Part shown: positions 7,441-15,872 of the stretch, one piece after another | Layout of the letters: every line of letters starts with the position of its first letter | Position numbering within the stretch: position 1 is the stretch's first letter | Virus record (IMG/VR): IMGVR_UViG_2518645587_000001 | Coordinates: 422-64,421 of that record | DNA: 64,000 bases | Origin: a virus | Taxonomy: Duplodnaviria > Caudoviricetes | Reading direction: 5' to 3' (one strand) | Translations under genes and position numbers: made by a program | Notes under the pieces: model-generated | Told to the model about the DNA's origin: nothing | What the model saw: the letters and a program-made list of their open reading frames with translations, nothing else | The model's database searches: none

Positions 7441-9351
7441 TTAGACGGAAAACTTGGCCTGGACGGCGGCGATGTGGCGGCTCAGCGCAGCGCACATGCG
7501 CGGGAAATCTGCTTCGTGGTACAGCTTGGCGGCACGATCGGTGGCCACCGGCGCGAAGCCCAGCGAGGTCAGGAAGTCGGCCGTGAGGGAAATACCCAGG
7601 CGCTCGCCGATCTGACCCAGGCGCAGTGCCGGCGCCGTGGTGGCATCGCCTGCGCTGGCGGCGCTGCTGGCCGAGAACAGGTCATCGGCGACGGCAGTGC
7701 CGGCCTGTGCGTTGGCGAGGTCCGTGAGCTGGCCCTGGTCAGCCAGTGCGTCGGCCTTTTCCTGCGCCAGGCTCTGGTGGGCGGCGGCGAGGGCGCTTTC
7801 GCGGGTGGGTTGCGCGTCCTGGGCTACACGCTCGGCGGCCTGCTGTTCCATCTTCGCCTTCGTTTCGGCAGCCACGCGGTTGCGCTCGGCCTGGTCGGCG
7901 GCGGCTTGGCGCTCGGCAGCGGCTTTCGCCTCGGCCGCCTGGCGTTCGGCGTCGGCGCGGCGCTGGGCGGCCAGCTCGGCAGCGGCGGCTGCTTCCGCCT
8001 TGGCCTTTTCTTCGGCCGCGATCTTGGCGCGCAGCGCTTCCTGCTTGGTGGCCTCAGCGCGCTCGTGGTCGGCGATGCGCGTGCGCACCACCAGCTGAAA
8101 GTCGTCCATCGGCTTGGCGATGATCTGCGCCATGTCCATGAACAGGTGGCCGTAGCCGGCGGCGTTCTCTTTGCACCAGGCCTGCTTGATGCGGTAGTCG
8201 GCGGCCCGCTGGTTGGCTTCGATCTTGGCGTTCGCCAGTGTGGTGTTGACGGCATCGTGCAGGCTGGCCAGCGTGCGCTTGTTCTTCATGGCACCGGCGA
8301 AGTCGGGCGGCAGCAGCGCCAGGCGCAGCGGTACGATTTCTTTTTCCAGCGCTGCGATGTGGTCGACGTACTCGCGCTTGCCCTCATTGAGGATCGTTTC
8401 CTTGATCTGCTCCTTCCGGGTCTTGACCAGCTTTTCCAGATCCAGCCGCTTGGCGCGGAATTGGGCCTTGATGTGGTCGACCGTGCGCATCACCTCGTCG
8501 ATGGTCGAGGTCTGCGCCAACGCGGCAGCCTTCGCCAGCTCGAGCTTGTCCTCGGCCTCACCACAGAATTTGACGTTGTATTCGGCGTCCGCGAAATCTT
8601 GGTCATCCTGCAGGTCCGTCTTGATCGTCGAAAGGAACTTCTCGGCCGCTTTCTGATAGACCATCAGGTTGCTGCTGACCACCTTGCCCTCCGTGTGCAC
8701 GACCAGTGCAGGCAGCGCGGCGGCTGGCGCGGCCTCAGGCTTCACGGCGTGGTCCACCTGCTTGTAGTTGGCGACGTCGGCGTCGAACTGCTCCCAGCCG
8801 GCGCGGATCCGGTCGAACCAGGCGGCATCCGGGTACACCCACATCCAGACCATGTTTTCTTCGCTGCCGTCCGACACCATGAACATCCACTTCTCGGCGC
8901 CGGTCACCATCAGCTGCTGCTGGACCTGCGGCTTGTGGTCGTCGGGCAGGTCGTTGGCGGCAACGGCGGCGGCCAGCTCTTCGTTCCACTGCTTGTGCTC
9001 GAAGCCGATGGTCTCGTCCATGTTCAGGCCGTCGCAGGATGCGCTCTCGCGGCCCAGCGACAGCGTGACTGGGTAGAGTTCGTCAGCGAGGATCTTCTCG
9101 GCGTTGGGGCGCGCCAGCGCCTCCACCTCGTGGCCGTAGTCCAGGATGTTCTCCTGCACCCAGTCGCTGAATTCTTTGGCCAGGCCGGTGGCCTTCATGC
9201 GCACCAGTTCGGTACGGCTTACCTTCTTCGACAGGCCTAGCATGGCGGCGGCCTCGCTGGCGCCGTGGTGCGCGAAGCGGAAGGCGTGCCAGTCGTCGCT
9301 GCCTTGCAGCAGGTTGTGGATTTCACGGGTGAGGGTGTTCTCGCGTTGCAT
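7441..9351 (-). CDS. YqaJ/lambda-exonuclease-like nuclease with long coiled-coil C-terminus
   Basis: QGSDDWHAFR...GASEAAAMLG, SASCDG, FEHK, QVQQQLMV; adjacent to RecT. Confidence 0.85.
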   Translation of the reverse strand: MQRENTLTREIHNLLQGSDDWHAFRFAHHGASEAAAMLGLSKKVSRTELVRMKATGLAKEFSDWVQENILDYGHEVEALARPNAEKILADELYPVTLSLGRESASCDGLNMDETIGFEHKQWNEELAAAVAANDLPDDHKPQVQQQLMVTGAEKWMFMVSDGSEENMVWMWVYPDAAWFDRIRAGWEQFDADVANYKQVDHAVKPEAAPAAALPALVVHTEGKVVSSNLMVYQKAAEKFLSTIKTDLQDDQDFADAEYNVKFCGEAEDKLELAKAAALAQTSTIDEVMRTVDHIKAQFRAKRLDLEKLVKTRKEQIKETILNEGKREYVDHIAALEKEIVPLRLALLPPDFAGAMKNKRTLASLHDAVNTTLANAKIEANQRAADYRIKQAWCKENAAGYGHLFMDMAQIIAKPMDDFQLVVRTRIADHERAEATKQEALRAKIAAEEKAKAEAAAAAELAAQRRADAERQAAEAKAAAERQAAADQAERNRVAAETKAKMEQQAAERVAQDAQPTRESALAAAHQSLAQEKADALADQGQLTDLANAQAGTAVADDLFSASSAASAGDATTAPALRLGQIGERLGISLTADFLTSLGFAPVATDRAAKLYHEADFPRMCAALSRHIAAVQAKFSV

Positions 9352-9399
9352 GATGTGTCCTAGTAGTTTTCGTGGTTTGGTCGGTGGTTGCGCTGCGGA

Positions 9400-10329
9400 T
9401 TACTCTTGCTCGTGAGCCCAGCTGTCGATGGTCATCTTCTGGCTCTCTGTGAACGTGGCGCGGGTGCTCAACATGGCGATCAGCTGGGCCGGTGTCTTTT
9501 TCTTGCTCAAGATCATTTCGCGCCATGCCGGCGCTTTTTCCTTGAACAGCTCATCGGTACATTCGGGCAACTGGTCAATGGTGTGCGGTTCAGCGACAGC
9601 CTCGCGCGGCGCCGGCGTGATGTCGCGCATTTCCCGGCTCGATTCGTCGAGCTCGTCGGGGGTGTAGACGCCTAGGATTACGTCCGGTGCGTAAAGACGC
9701 GCCCAGCGCTTCACGGCCAGGTAGGCGAGTTGCTGCTTGGGATCGGTGGCCCACAGCGGCGAGTTGCGCACGCTGGCCTGCACCAGCAGCAGTTCGAGCA
9801 CGCGCGGCACCGACTCGCCGCGCAGCGTGGCCGAGATACGGATGCCCAGGCCAATCTCGGCGTTCAGGTCATAGTCGGGCGTGTGGAACTGATAGGCCTT
9901 CTTGTAGTCCTTGTCACCCTTCTTGCCTTTCTCCGGCACGGTCACCACACGCGTCTTGCCGATGATCTTTTCCCAGGCGCCGAACCACTCATAGTTGAAG
10001 CGGTCTTGCGTCACGCCGCTGGATACGATGGCCGCATTCACCAGTTGCCCTTCGTAGCCCAGCGCGCCGTTGACCACGTGCGTTTTTTGCGCAACGGCGA
10101 ACGGGTTCATTTGCCACTGCATGGCCTGCATAATCACGGCCGCGCAGTCGGATGCACTGCTCTTGAGGTGGTCGGGGATCGTCGCGCGGCCCTTGGCCAT
10201 GATGTCGGCCAGGCGCATGATGCTTTCCATGCTGGCGACGTCGAGGACGAGTGATGCGGTGCTGGCCGGCGCCATCGGCGTACTCGACAACTGCATGGCG
10301 GATTGGGACTCACGGGTAACTGCGTTCAT
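9400..10329 (-). CDS. recT: RecT-family single-strand annealing protein
   Basis: ATG 10329; DCAAVIMQAMQWQMNPFAVAQKTHVVNGALGYEGQLVNA; RLYAPDVILGVYTPDE. Confidence 0.8.
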   Translation of the reverse strand: MNAVTRESQSAMQLSSTPMAPASTASLVLDVASMESIMRLADIMAKGRATIPDHLKSSASDCAAVIMQAMQWQMNPFAVAQKTHVVNGALGYEGQLVNAAIVSSGVTQDRFNYEWFGAWEKIIGKTRVVTVPEKGKKGDKDYKKAYQFHTPDYDLNAEIGLGIRISATLRGESVPRVLELLLVQASVRNSPLWATDPKQQLAYLAVKRWARLYAPDVILGVYTPDELDESSREMRDITPAPREAVAEPHTIDQLPECTDELFKEKAPAWREMILSKKKTPAQLIAMLSTRATFTESQKMTIDSWAHEQE

Positions 10330-10396
10330 GCTTCTCTCCAGGTGGACTTCGTTGTTGCCGCCGGTGGCGGAAAAATTCGTGGTACTGCGGCGCCGG

Positions 10397-10531
10397 CTAC
10401 TTATCGACCTTGCCGGTCCAGATTTCTTGCTCGTGCTGCGCGGCGCGGGCGTCGGCTTGCTGCATGTAGCCGTAGGTGGCCGCAACCAACGTGAGCAGGG
10501 CGCCGATGGTCAGGATTTCACGCAGCTTCAT
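10397..10531 (-). CDS. 44-aa protein with N-terminal hydrophobic helix (not in the ORF track)
   Basis: MKLREILTIGALLTLVAATYGYMQQADARAAQHEQEIWTGKVDK. Confidence 0.5.
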   Translation of the reverse strand: MKLREILTIGALLTLVAATYGYMQQADARAAQHEQEIWTGKVDK

Positions 10532-10787
10532 GACCAACCCTCCCTTGCTCGGTGTATCGGGACATCACCCGGTTGCGCCGCAGCTGGATCGCCGCCTCGA
10601 TCGCCTGGCGCCGCTCGCTGGCCGGCGCGCCGAGGCCCTCCATCGCGATCTCCAGCACCCGCAGTTCGTGGCCGCTCATGTGAGCGTTGTCGGCGAACAG
10701 CGAGACGATCCTGCGCAGCGCCTTCTCAGCCGGCGCTGGCTCGGCGTCGAGCAACTGGGCCAGCAGGCCCGGCTCCAGGGCGCTCAC
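10518..10787 (-). CDS. Hypothetical protein
   Basis: 89 aa, GTG start coupled upstream. Confidence 0.55.
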   Translation of the reverse strand: MSALEPGLLAQLLDAEPAPAEKALRRIVSLFADNAHMSGHELRVLEIAMEGLGAPASERRQAIEAAIQLRRNRVMSRYTEQGRVGHEAA

Positions 10788-10918
10788 GTGCGCACCATGG
10801 CGGTTACGCCCAGCGCGCCAGCGTCGTACAGCGCGTCAACAATGGCGGCCAGCTTGCCGATGGCAGTGCGGCGTTCGGTGCTGCCGTCCGCGTGCTTGAT
10901 GGTGAGCTGGTAGATCAT
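10784..10918 (-). CDS. 44-aa protein (not in the ORF track)
   Basis: MIYQLTIKHADGSTERRTAIGKLAAIVDALYDAGALGVTAMVRT; coupled on both sides. Confidence 0.55.
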   Translation of the reverse strand: MIYQLTIKHADGSTERRTAIGKLAAIVDALYDAGALGVTAMVRT

Positions 10919-11031
10919 GGCAACACCACCGATTGCAGGACGCCGAACCAGAGCGCGCCGGCGACGGCGCTGCCGATCACAAAGCCACCGATCGAACCGA
11001 CCAGGATGGCGCGAAGAAAACGATATTTCAC
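10915..11031 (-). CDS. 38-aa single-pass membrane peptide (not in the ORF track)
   Basis: MKYRFLRAILVGSIGGFVIGSAVAGALWFGVLQSVVLP; coupled on both sides. Confidence 0.5.
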   Translation of the reverse strand: MKYRFLRAILVGSIGGFVIGSAVAGALWFGVLQSVVLP

Positions 11032-11249
11032 GAGGCGGCTCCTTCCCGGTCGGTCATTTGCAGGCGGATCGCGTTGCGGCCGGCCGTGGCGGGTGCGCTG
11101 CAGCAGCCGCCGGCGGGCACGTACTCAGCCGCGTCCAGGTTGCCGCTGGTGAGCGCATCCTCGAAACCGCTGTCCTGATAGTCGAATGCCAGGGCGCTGG
11201 AAACGGCGAGGCGCGAGGCGCGGCCGGCGGTGATGTGGCGGGCGATCAC
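11028..11249 (-). CDS. Hypothetical protein
   Basis: 73 aa, coupled. Confidence 0.5.
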   Translation of the reverse strand: MIARHITAGRASRLAVSSALAFDYQDSGFEDALTSGNLDAAEYVPAGGCCSAPATAGRNAIRLQMTDREGAAS

Positions 11250-11503
11250 TTGGCGCGCTCCACCAGCATGGCATCGGCAAACGCATATGCACGGGCGGCG
11301 ATCTCCTGCTCATTTCCGTATTGGCAGCTACCTTTGGTCTTGTTTTCGATCATCGGCGCCAACGACTGCGCCGCGAAGTAGTCGCGCAGCGACATGCCGC
11401 CGTGCGCCTCGGTATCAATCCGCTCTTGGCCGTCGCTGTCGATGCCGGTTATGGTCGCTTCAAGGCATGGGAATGCCGGGCCGCCGTTATTGGTGATGCT
11501 CAT
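11246..11503 (-). CDS. Conserved phage hypothetical protein
   Basis: ATG 11503 with RBS; GGPAFP...GMSLRDYFAAQ...AYAFADAML pattern. Confidence 0.7.
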   Translation of the reverse strand: MSITNNGGPAFPCLEATITGIDSDGQERIDTEAHGGMSLRDYFAAQSLAPMIENKTKGSCQYGNEQEIAARAYAFADAMLVERAK

Positions 11504-11590
11504 GCCACTCTCCCTGTTCGATTCGTTGTTGGGGACCGCGTTCGCCGGTCGCTGCGTGTGGTAAGTGCCGAAGCAGACCCTACCCACCCC

Positions 11591-11660
11591 TCTTGTGCAT
11601 GGATTCGAACCATGTTCCTTCCTGTCTGCCAGGCGTGCTGCCGGATACACCTTCACAAGT
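11591..11660 (-). ncRNA. tRNA-like cloverleaf (degenerate, no CCA)
   Basis: Minus strand: acceptor CTTGTG/CACAAG, D-like GGTGT/ACGCC, CCTG/CAGG arm with a 5-nt loop, perfect T arm CATGG-TTCGAAT-CCATG. Confidence 0.45.
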
Positions 11661-11822
11661 CGTCACCACATGGCTGCTGACTGCCCCACCAAATCCGCCC
11701 GCGCACTGCACCAGCTCTACCTGTGTGTGTGTTCCCGCTCCTCGGCAATCAGCAGCCACGTGGTTCCCGCGCTTGCCCGGCGCGGGACGGGTAGTGCTGG
11801 CGGCCTGCACGCCGCCGTTGTG

Positions 11823-12005
11823 TCACGCTGCCTGCACCTGCGAGGGGCGGTAGCTGCCGACCTTGTTGTCGCCCAGGTCGATGTCGTAGTAGCTGCCCTT
11901 CGAGCCCGGGCGCTCCTTGAGGAACTTGCCTTGCACGACCTTGCTGCGGGCGCGGACGGTGACCTTCTGGCCAGGTTTGAAAGTGGTCGGAGTAGCTGCT
12001 GCCAT
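11823..12005 (-). CDS. 60-aa basic small protein, possibly SH3/KOW-like
   Basis: MAAATPTTFKPGQKVTVRARSKVVQGKFLKERPGSKGSYYDIDLGD; AAAGG RBS. Confidence 0.65.
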   Translation of the reverse strand: MAAATPTTFKPGQKVTVRARSKVVQGKFLKERPGSKGSYYDIDLGDNKVGSYRPSQVQAA

Positions 12006-12154
12006 GTGATGCCTTTCTATGGTTGGTGGTGGCCGGATACGCCGGCCGGCGGCACGGGGCGAGTGCGACGCGGGCATGCTGATCCCACAGGGGCTATTTC
12101 TTCGCCTGCCAAGGCTGAGCCGGGTGGTAGCAGCGCCCGGCGACCGCATACGGA

Positions 12155-12508
12155 TCAGGGTGGCTCGAAGTTGCGTTCCCACTCGTGGCGCTCGATGCGC
12201 GCCTCGTCGATCGAGACCAGGCGCAGTTCGTGGGCGCTCGGCAGGTGGTCGTCGCACCAGTCGTCGAACTGCAGCAGCTGGTCGCGGGAGAAGAGGGCGG
12301 TCAGCGCCACCGTCTCGCCGGTCAGCGTCACGTCCGTCACGTCGTAGCCGGAGCCATCGAGCAGGCCGTGCAAGTCCAGCAGCAGGCCGTCGTGCTCGTG
12401 GCCTACGACCAGCACGCGGCTGTCGGGCGCCACGGTCGGCTGCTGGTCGCGCAGCACCACCGGCGCGGCGCAGGCTTTGAGCAGGGCGGGGTTGATCGGG
12501 GCATTCAT
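12155..12508 (-). CDS. Hypothetical protein
   Basis: 117 aa, coupled upstream. Confidence 0.6.
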   Translation of the reverse strand: MNAPINPALLKACAAPVVLRDQQPTVAPDSRVLVVGHEHDGLLLDLHGLLDGSGYDVTDVTLTGETVALTALFSRDQLLQFDDWCDDHLPSAHELRLVSIDEARIERHEWERNFEPP

Positions 12509-12843
12509 TGGGCGGCCTGGATCGCGTCGAAGGCCAGTGCAAGCACGTCGGCGTCGTATGTGTTGACCTCGCCGAACTGCTCCATGGCGCGGCCGATCAG
12601 CAGGCCGTCAGCGCGGCTCAGCGCTGCAGCTTTGCGACCAATGCGGCTCAGCGTAGCCAGCGGCAGGTCGGCGCCGCGTGTAGCGCAGAACTGGGCCACG
12701 GTGACCATTCCGGTGGCGGCAGGTGCCAGCTTCGGCACCAGGGCCAGCTTGCGCGCCGGCACCAGGTTGCGGATTGCGTCGCCGGCCAGCTCGGTGAAGT
12801 TGAAGGTGCTACCGGCGTGGACGCCCACGATCAGGGCGATCAT
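12505..12843 (-). CDS. Hypothetical protein
   Basis: 112 aa, coupled. Confidence 0.55.
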   Translation of the reverse strand: MIALIVGVHAGSTFNFTELAGDAIRNLVPARKLALVPKLAPAATGMVTVAQFCATRGADLPLATLSRIGRKAAALSRADGLLIGRAMEQFGEVNTYDADVLALAFDAIQAAQ

Positions 12844-12920
12844 TTCCGCACCTGGGCGGCGTGCGCGGCATCACCGCGGTGCTGGGCTTCTGCAAGTGCT
12901 GCAAGTTCGGCTGGTGACAT
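12840..12920 (-). CDS. 26-aa first ORF of the pL transcript (not in the ORF track)
   Basis: MSPAELAALAEAQHRGDAAHAAQVRK; GGAG RBS; ATGA-coupled downstream. Confidence 0.45.
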   Translation of the reverse strand: MSPAELAALAEAQHRGDAAHAAQVRK

Positions 12921-12957
12921 TTCGTTCTCCATCGCTGTTGGTGTGTCGATGAAGTGA

Positions 12958-13011
12958 ACTATAGCAATTTGCTTTTGCTTTTACAATAGCAAATTGCATT
13001 TAATTTGCTTT
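12958..13011 (-). promoter_or_regulatory. pL promoter with CI operators OL1-OL2 (OL3 partial)
   Basis: TTGTAA-N17-TATAGT (12986 to 12958); 15-bp palindromes ATAGCAATTTGCTTT (12961-12975) and ATAGCAAATTGCATT (12986-13000). Confidence 0.8.
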
Positions 13012-13081
13012 GGATGCGAACGCTGGGGGGGGGGCACGAAAAAAGATCCTAGAATCGGAGCTTTTCGTGACCTACGGTTGT

Positions 13082-13104
13082 AAAAAAGCCCGCTAGTGCG
13101 GGCT
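13082..13104 (-). terminator. Intrinsic terminator downstream of the KilA-N gene
   Basis: AGCCCGC-TAGT-GCGGGCT hairpin with a U-run on the minus strand. Confidence 0.65.
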
Positions 13105-13162
13105 AAGTTAGGGAGAGGGGGGACTCAAATGCGATTCCCGGATAAACGGGAATCCTCTGAAT

Positions 13163-13927
13163 TTAGGCCTTCGCGGGTGCCGTTAGCAATTTCGGTAAGT
13201 ACGTAAGGGCTACTGGGTCGCGTTCTTGGAAGTACTTCAGGGCCTTCTGCGGCAGCCATACGTTGTTGAAATGGGCCCGGAAATCGGCCAAATACTCATT
13301 TGGATAAAGTCGTGCATCAACCACCCTCCCATCCATATAGCGATGCTTGTAACTCGGGAACATAGACGGTTCAACCCCTTTTTCATCGCGTATCCACTTA
13401 GAAAACATTCGACCCTCTGAGATATCCGGCACCAATCCCTCGGGAAGGGTATAACCTTCCGATTCCATAGGCGCGATGAGGCCAAAAATAATTTCGTTCA
13501 GCATTGAAAAATGTGTTGCGGGAATCGCACCGCGATTTACCATGTATCGTTGAATATGAACTGGAAGATTTCCGCCGCCCGCCATACCGGGCACTCCCCC
13601 AGCCATCCATTCTGATACCCACTGCGTCACACGCACCGCGAATACCGGCGACAACCACTGTGCAAGGTGGATGGCGACTTGGGGGTGGACCCAAGTACCC
13701 GCGCCTTGCGCCGAAAATACAAGAGATTGGACTGGGATTTTGGTGTGGCGGCCCAGCTCCTCGAGGAACGCCTGCGTGTTGTCTGTAGAACGATAGTGAT
13801 TCCACTGCTTGTTCGCGGCTTTGCACATTGCGGTTGCGTTGATAAAACCGTCGACTGCGCGCTGGCCGATAGTTACGCCATCGGCCTCGTGCTGAATGAG
13901 CGCCAGTTCAAGTTGCGTGTTCTTCAT
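13163..13927 (-). CDS. KilA-N domain protein with uncharacterised C-terminal domain (immunity-region moron)
   Basis: DGFINATAMCKAANKQWNHY...GTWVHPQVAIHLAQWLSPVFAV. Confidence 0.8.
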   Translation of the reverse strand: MKNTQLELALIQHEADGVTIGQRAVDGFINATAMCKAANKQWNHYRSTDNTQAFLEELGRHTKIPVQSLVFSAQGAGTWVHPQVAIHLAQWLSPVFAVRVTQWVSEWMAGGVPGMAGGGNLPVHIQRYMVNRGAIPATHFSMLNEIIFGLIAPMESEGYTLPEGLVPDISEGRMFSKWIRDEKGVEPSMFPSYKHRYMDGRVVDARLYPNEYLADFRAHFNNVWLPQKALKYFQERDPVALTYLPKLLTAPAKA

Positions 13928-14191
13928 ATTTTTAGAATTCTATCTCGAGGAGTGAGTGGGCTGGAGTTGGTAAGATTTGACTATGCTGAGCGTTAAAAAT
14001 AAGGACCGAAAGATATTGGTCGCAGTGATCAGGATGACGAAGAACGCGACGATCACCACGTGCTGAAGTTGCTGGCGTTTTGCGCGAGCTGCGTGAACCG
14101 GGCTCGATATCATCGGCACAAATAGATAGTGATGAGCTGACACACAGGGGGGGGAGCCTTCCCCCTTCCAAGCTCCTAGCTCACCATCCAA

Positions 14192-14692
14192 CTAGTTGGC
14201 GCCGTTGACAATAGCCTGCTTGCTTTCACCTGCCTTTACCTCGACGATTCCGGTAACCAGTCCGCCTTGTGCTCCGTGGAATGGAACATCCCAAGTTATC
14301 TCGGTTCGGATGTAATAAGAGCCTGCGGGGATATTCGAGAACTTGAAGCGGCCGTCGGCATCGGCGGTGGTCGATCTGCGCGCGCTCACGAACTTGGGAA
14401 ATGGCGGTACGGTGCTCTTATAGCGCCACACTTTTCCCGCTTGGTACCACCATGCGCGACTGACTTCCGTAACTGGATCGATGGTTACTAGGCGGCCGGC
14501 TGCCTTGACGGTGCCGCCTCCTTTTTGCGCCAAGAAAGCCTGACCCACAATCTCCGAATTGCCATCTACAAGATAGGGCTCATACTCAGCCTCGGCGCTC
14601 GAACTGAACTGCTTGTACGTCGGAGCTGGAGGCCTGGAAGCGCACCCGGCGAGTGCCGCTATGGCGAGAGCTGCGATGATTGGTTTTTTCAT
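14192..14692 (-). CDS. Lipoprotein with carboxypeptidase-regulatory/transthyretin-like beta domain
   Basis: Lipobox MKKPIIAALAIAALAG-C; TADADGRFKFSNIPAGSYYI; upstream TATAAT at 14727-14732. Confidence 0.8.
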   Translation of the reverse strand: MKKPIIAALAIAALAGCASRPPAPTYKQFSSSAEAEYEPYLVDGNSEIVGQAFLAQKGGGTVKAAGRLVTIDPVTEVSRAWWYQAGKVWRYKSTVPPFPKFVSARRSTTADADGRFKFSNIPAGSYYIRTEITWDVPFHGAQGGLVTGIVEVKAGESKQAIVNGAN

Positions 14693-14768
14693 GATCCCTT
14701 TTTTTGTGGAAATTACAAATGAGAGGATTATATGAAAAATTGCTAATCGGAAATCTAACCAATTGTCA

Positions 14769-15509
14769 CTAAATGTGGTCAGTTTCTCGCTTTATTACTC
14801 TGCCGATGATGCCGCAGTCGCCACTTCGGCAGCCTTTGGGCCTGTGACGGGTTTGGTCCGGATTGTCCGAGAACAACCACCACTCGCCGCGCTCTTTCAC
14901 CAAGCGCTTGATCACCGATTCGCCGTCGTAGTTGAAAGCGTAGACAGCGCCGTCCTTCATGACCTTGTCGGCCGTATCGATAATCACCACGTCGCCCGCG
15001 TATAAATTCGGCTCCATGCTCTCGCCGGTGACGGTCAAGGCCATCAGCGTATTTGGATCTATGTCTCTGCGGTCCACCCAGTTCTTGGGCAGGCTGACCG
15101 TATCTCCGTCATAAATGTCAGGAATCGTTTGGAAGCCAGTAACGCCTGCGCGCAGTTGCAGCTTCACTTTCTTGATGAAGTAGAAATTCGGATCGCCTGT
15201 CTCAGCGATGACGACGCGCATCGCGCCAGGAAGGAGGGCTTGCGCTTGCTCAAACGTCAACGGTGTATCGACTTCGGTTCCGTGTGGGAGATCCAGCCAC
15301 CCGACTTCTTTCCCGCATCCAGCCTCTAATTTGCGTGCGAGCGCGTCACCGACTCCGCGCGGCGTGCCTGTCGATGACTTCGCACCGTTGAGGATCTGGC
15401 TGAGATACATCGGGGCGGTGCCGGCGAGCTGCGCTACAGCATCGGCCGTCTTGAACTCACGGACAAGGGCGCGAAGGTTTTCGATTCGTAATTCTTTGGA
15501 GGTAGCCAT
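14769..15509 (-). CDS. cI: CI-like repressor (HTH plus S24 autoprotease)
   Basis: ATG 15509; N-terminal HTH; AG cleavage site (LRAG), VTGESMEP and VIKRL catalytic motifs. Confidence 0.9.
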   Translation of the reverse strand: MATSKELRIENLRALVREFKTADAVAQLAGTAPMYLSQILNGAKSSTGTPRGVGDALARKLEAGCGKEVGWLDLPHGTEVDTPLTFEQAQALLPGAMRVVIAETGDPNFYFIKKVKLQLRAGVTGFQTIPDIYDGDTVSLPKNWVDRRDIDPNTLMALTVTGESMEPNLYAGDVVIIDTADKVMKDGAVYAFNYDGESVIKRLVKERGEWWLFSDNPDQTRHRPKGCRSGDCGIIGRVIKRETDHI

Positions 15510-15520
15510 CGGCGCATTTA

Positions 15521-15587
15521 ATAGCAAAGTGCTTTGGTTTGGAATACGCAATTTGCTATTGACGATGTAAAAGCAAATTGCTATAGT
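15521..15587 (+). promoter_or_regulatory. pR promoter with operators OR1-OR3
   Basis: TTGACG(15559)-N17-TATAGT(15582); operators at 15521-15535, 15545-15559 and 15570-15584; OR1 is the exact reverse complement of OL1. Confidence 0.85.
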
Positions 15588-15593
15588 GGGTTC

Positions 15594-15872
15594 ATGGAAC
15601 TCATAAACTTCGTTAAAGAGCGCGGCGCGCAGCGCGCGCTGGCCCAAAAATTGGCGATCACCCCCGTGCTTATCAGCCAGTGGGCCAATCGTTTGCGGCC
15701 AATTCCGCCTGAGCGCTGCGTCGAAATTGAGCGCGCCACCAATGGCCAAGTCACCCGCAAAGACCTGCGCCCAGACGACTGGCAGAACATCTGGCCGGAA
15801 CTCGCGCCATCGTGCGCCGCCAATGCGCCCAGCGCCGTGACCCAGCTCAATCCTGCCGGAGAAGCTGCATGA
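15594..15872 (+). CDS. cro: Cro/YdaS-family repressor
   Basis: GAQRALAQKLAITPVLISQWAN...IPPERCVEIERATNGQVTRKDLRPDDW; divergent from cI. Confidence 0.85.
   Translation: MELINFVKERGAQRALAQKLAITPVLISQWANRLRPIPPERCVEIERATNGQVTRKDLRPDDWQNIWPELAPSCAANAPSAVTQLNPAGEAA

Noticed and set aside
7102-9240. Long plus-strand ORF (712 aa); likewise 36146-37561, 38844-40115, 42184-44346, 48024-49232 and 53263-56031
   Set aside because: Antisense shadows of recognisable genes; long stop-free frames are expected at this GC content and carry no motifs
11591-11660. Canonical decoding tRNA
   Set aside because: Aberrant anticodon arm, no U33, 1:72 mismatch, no CCA; kept only as tRNA-like
13025-13034. G10 homopolymer near pL as a phase-variation tract
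   Set aside because: Lies outside the promoter spacer, operators and ORFs; no way to show an effect from sequence
13940-14191. Small hydrophobic ORF between the lipoprotein and KilA-N genes
   Set aside because: No clear RBS, competing frames and no recognisable motif; not supported enough to list
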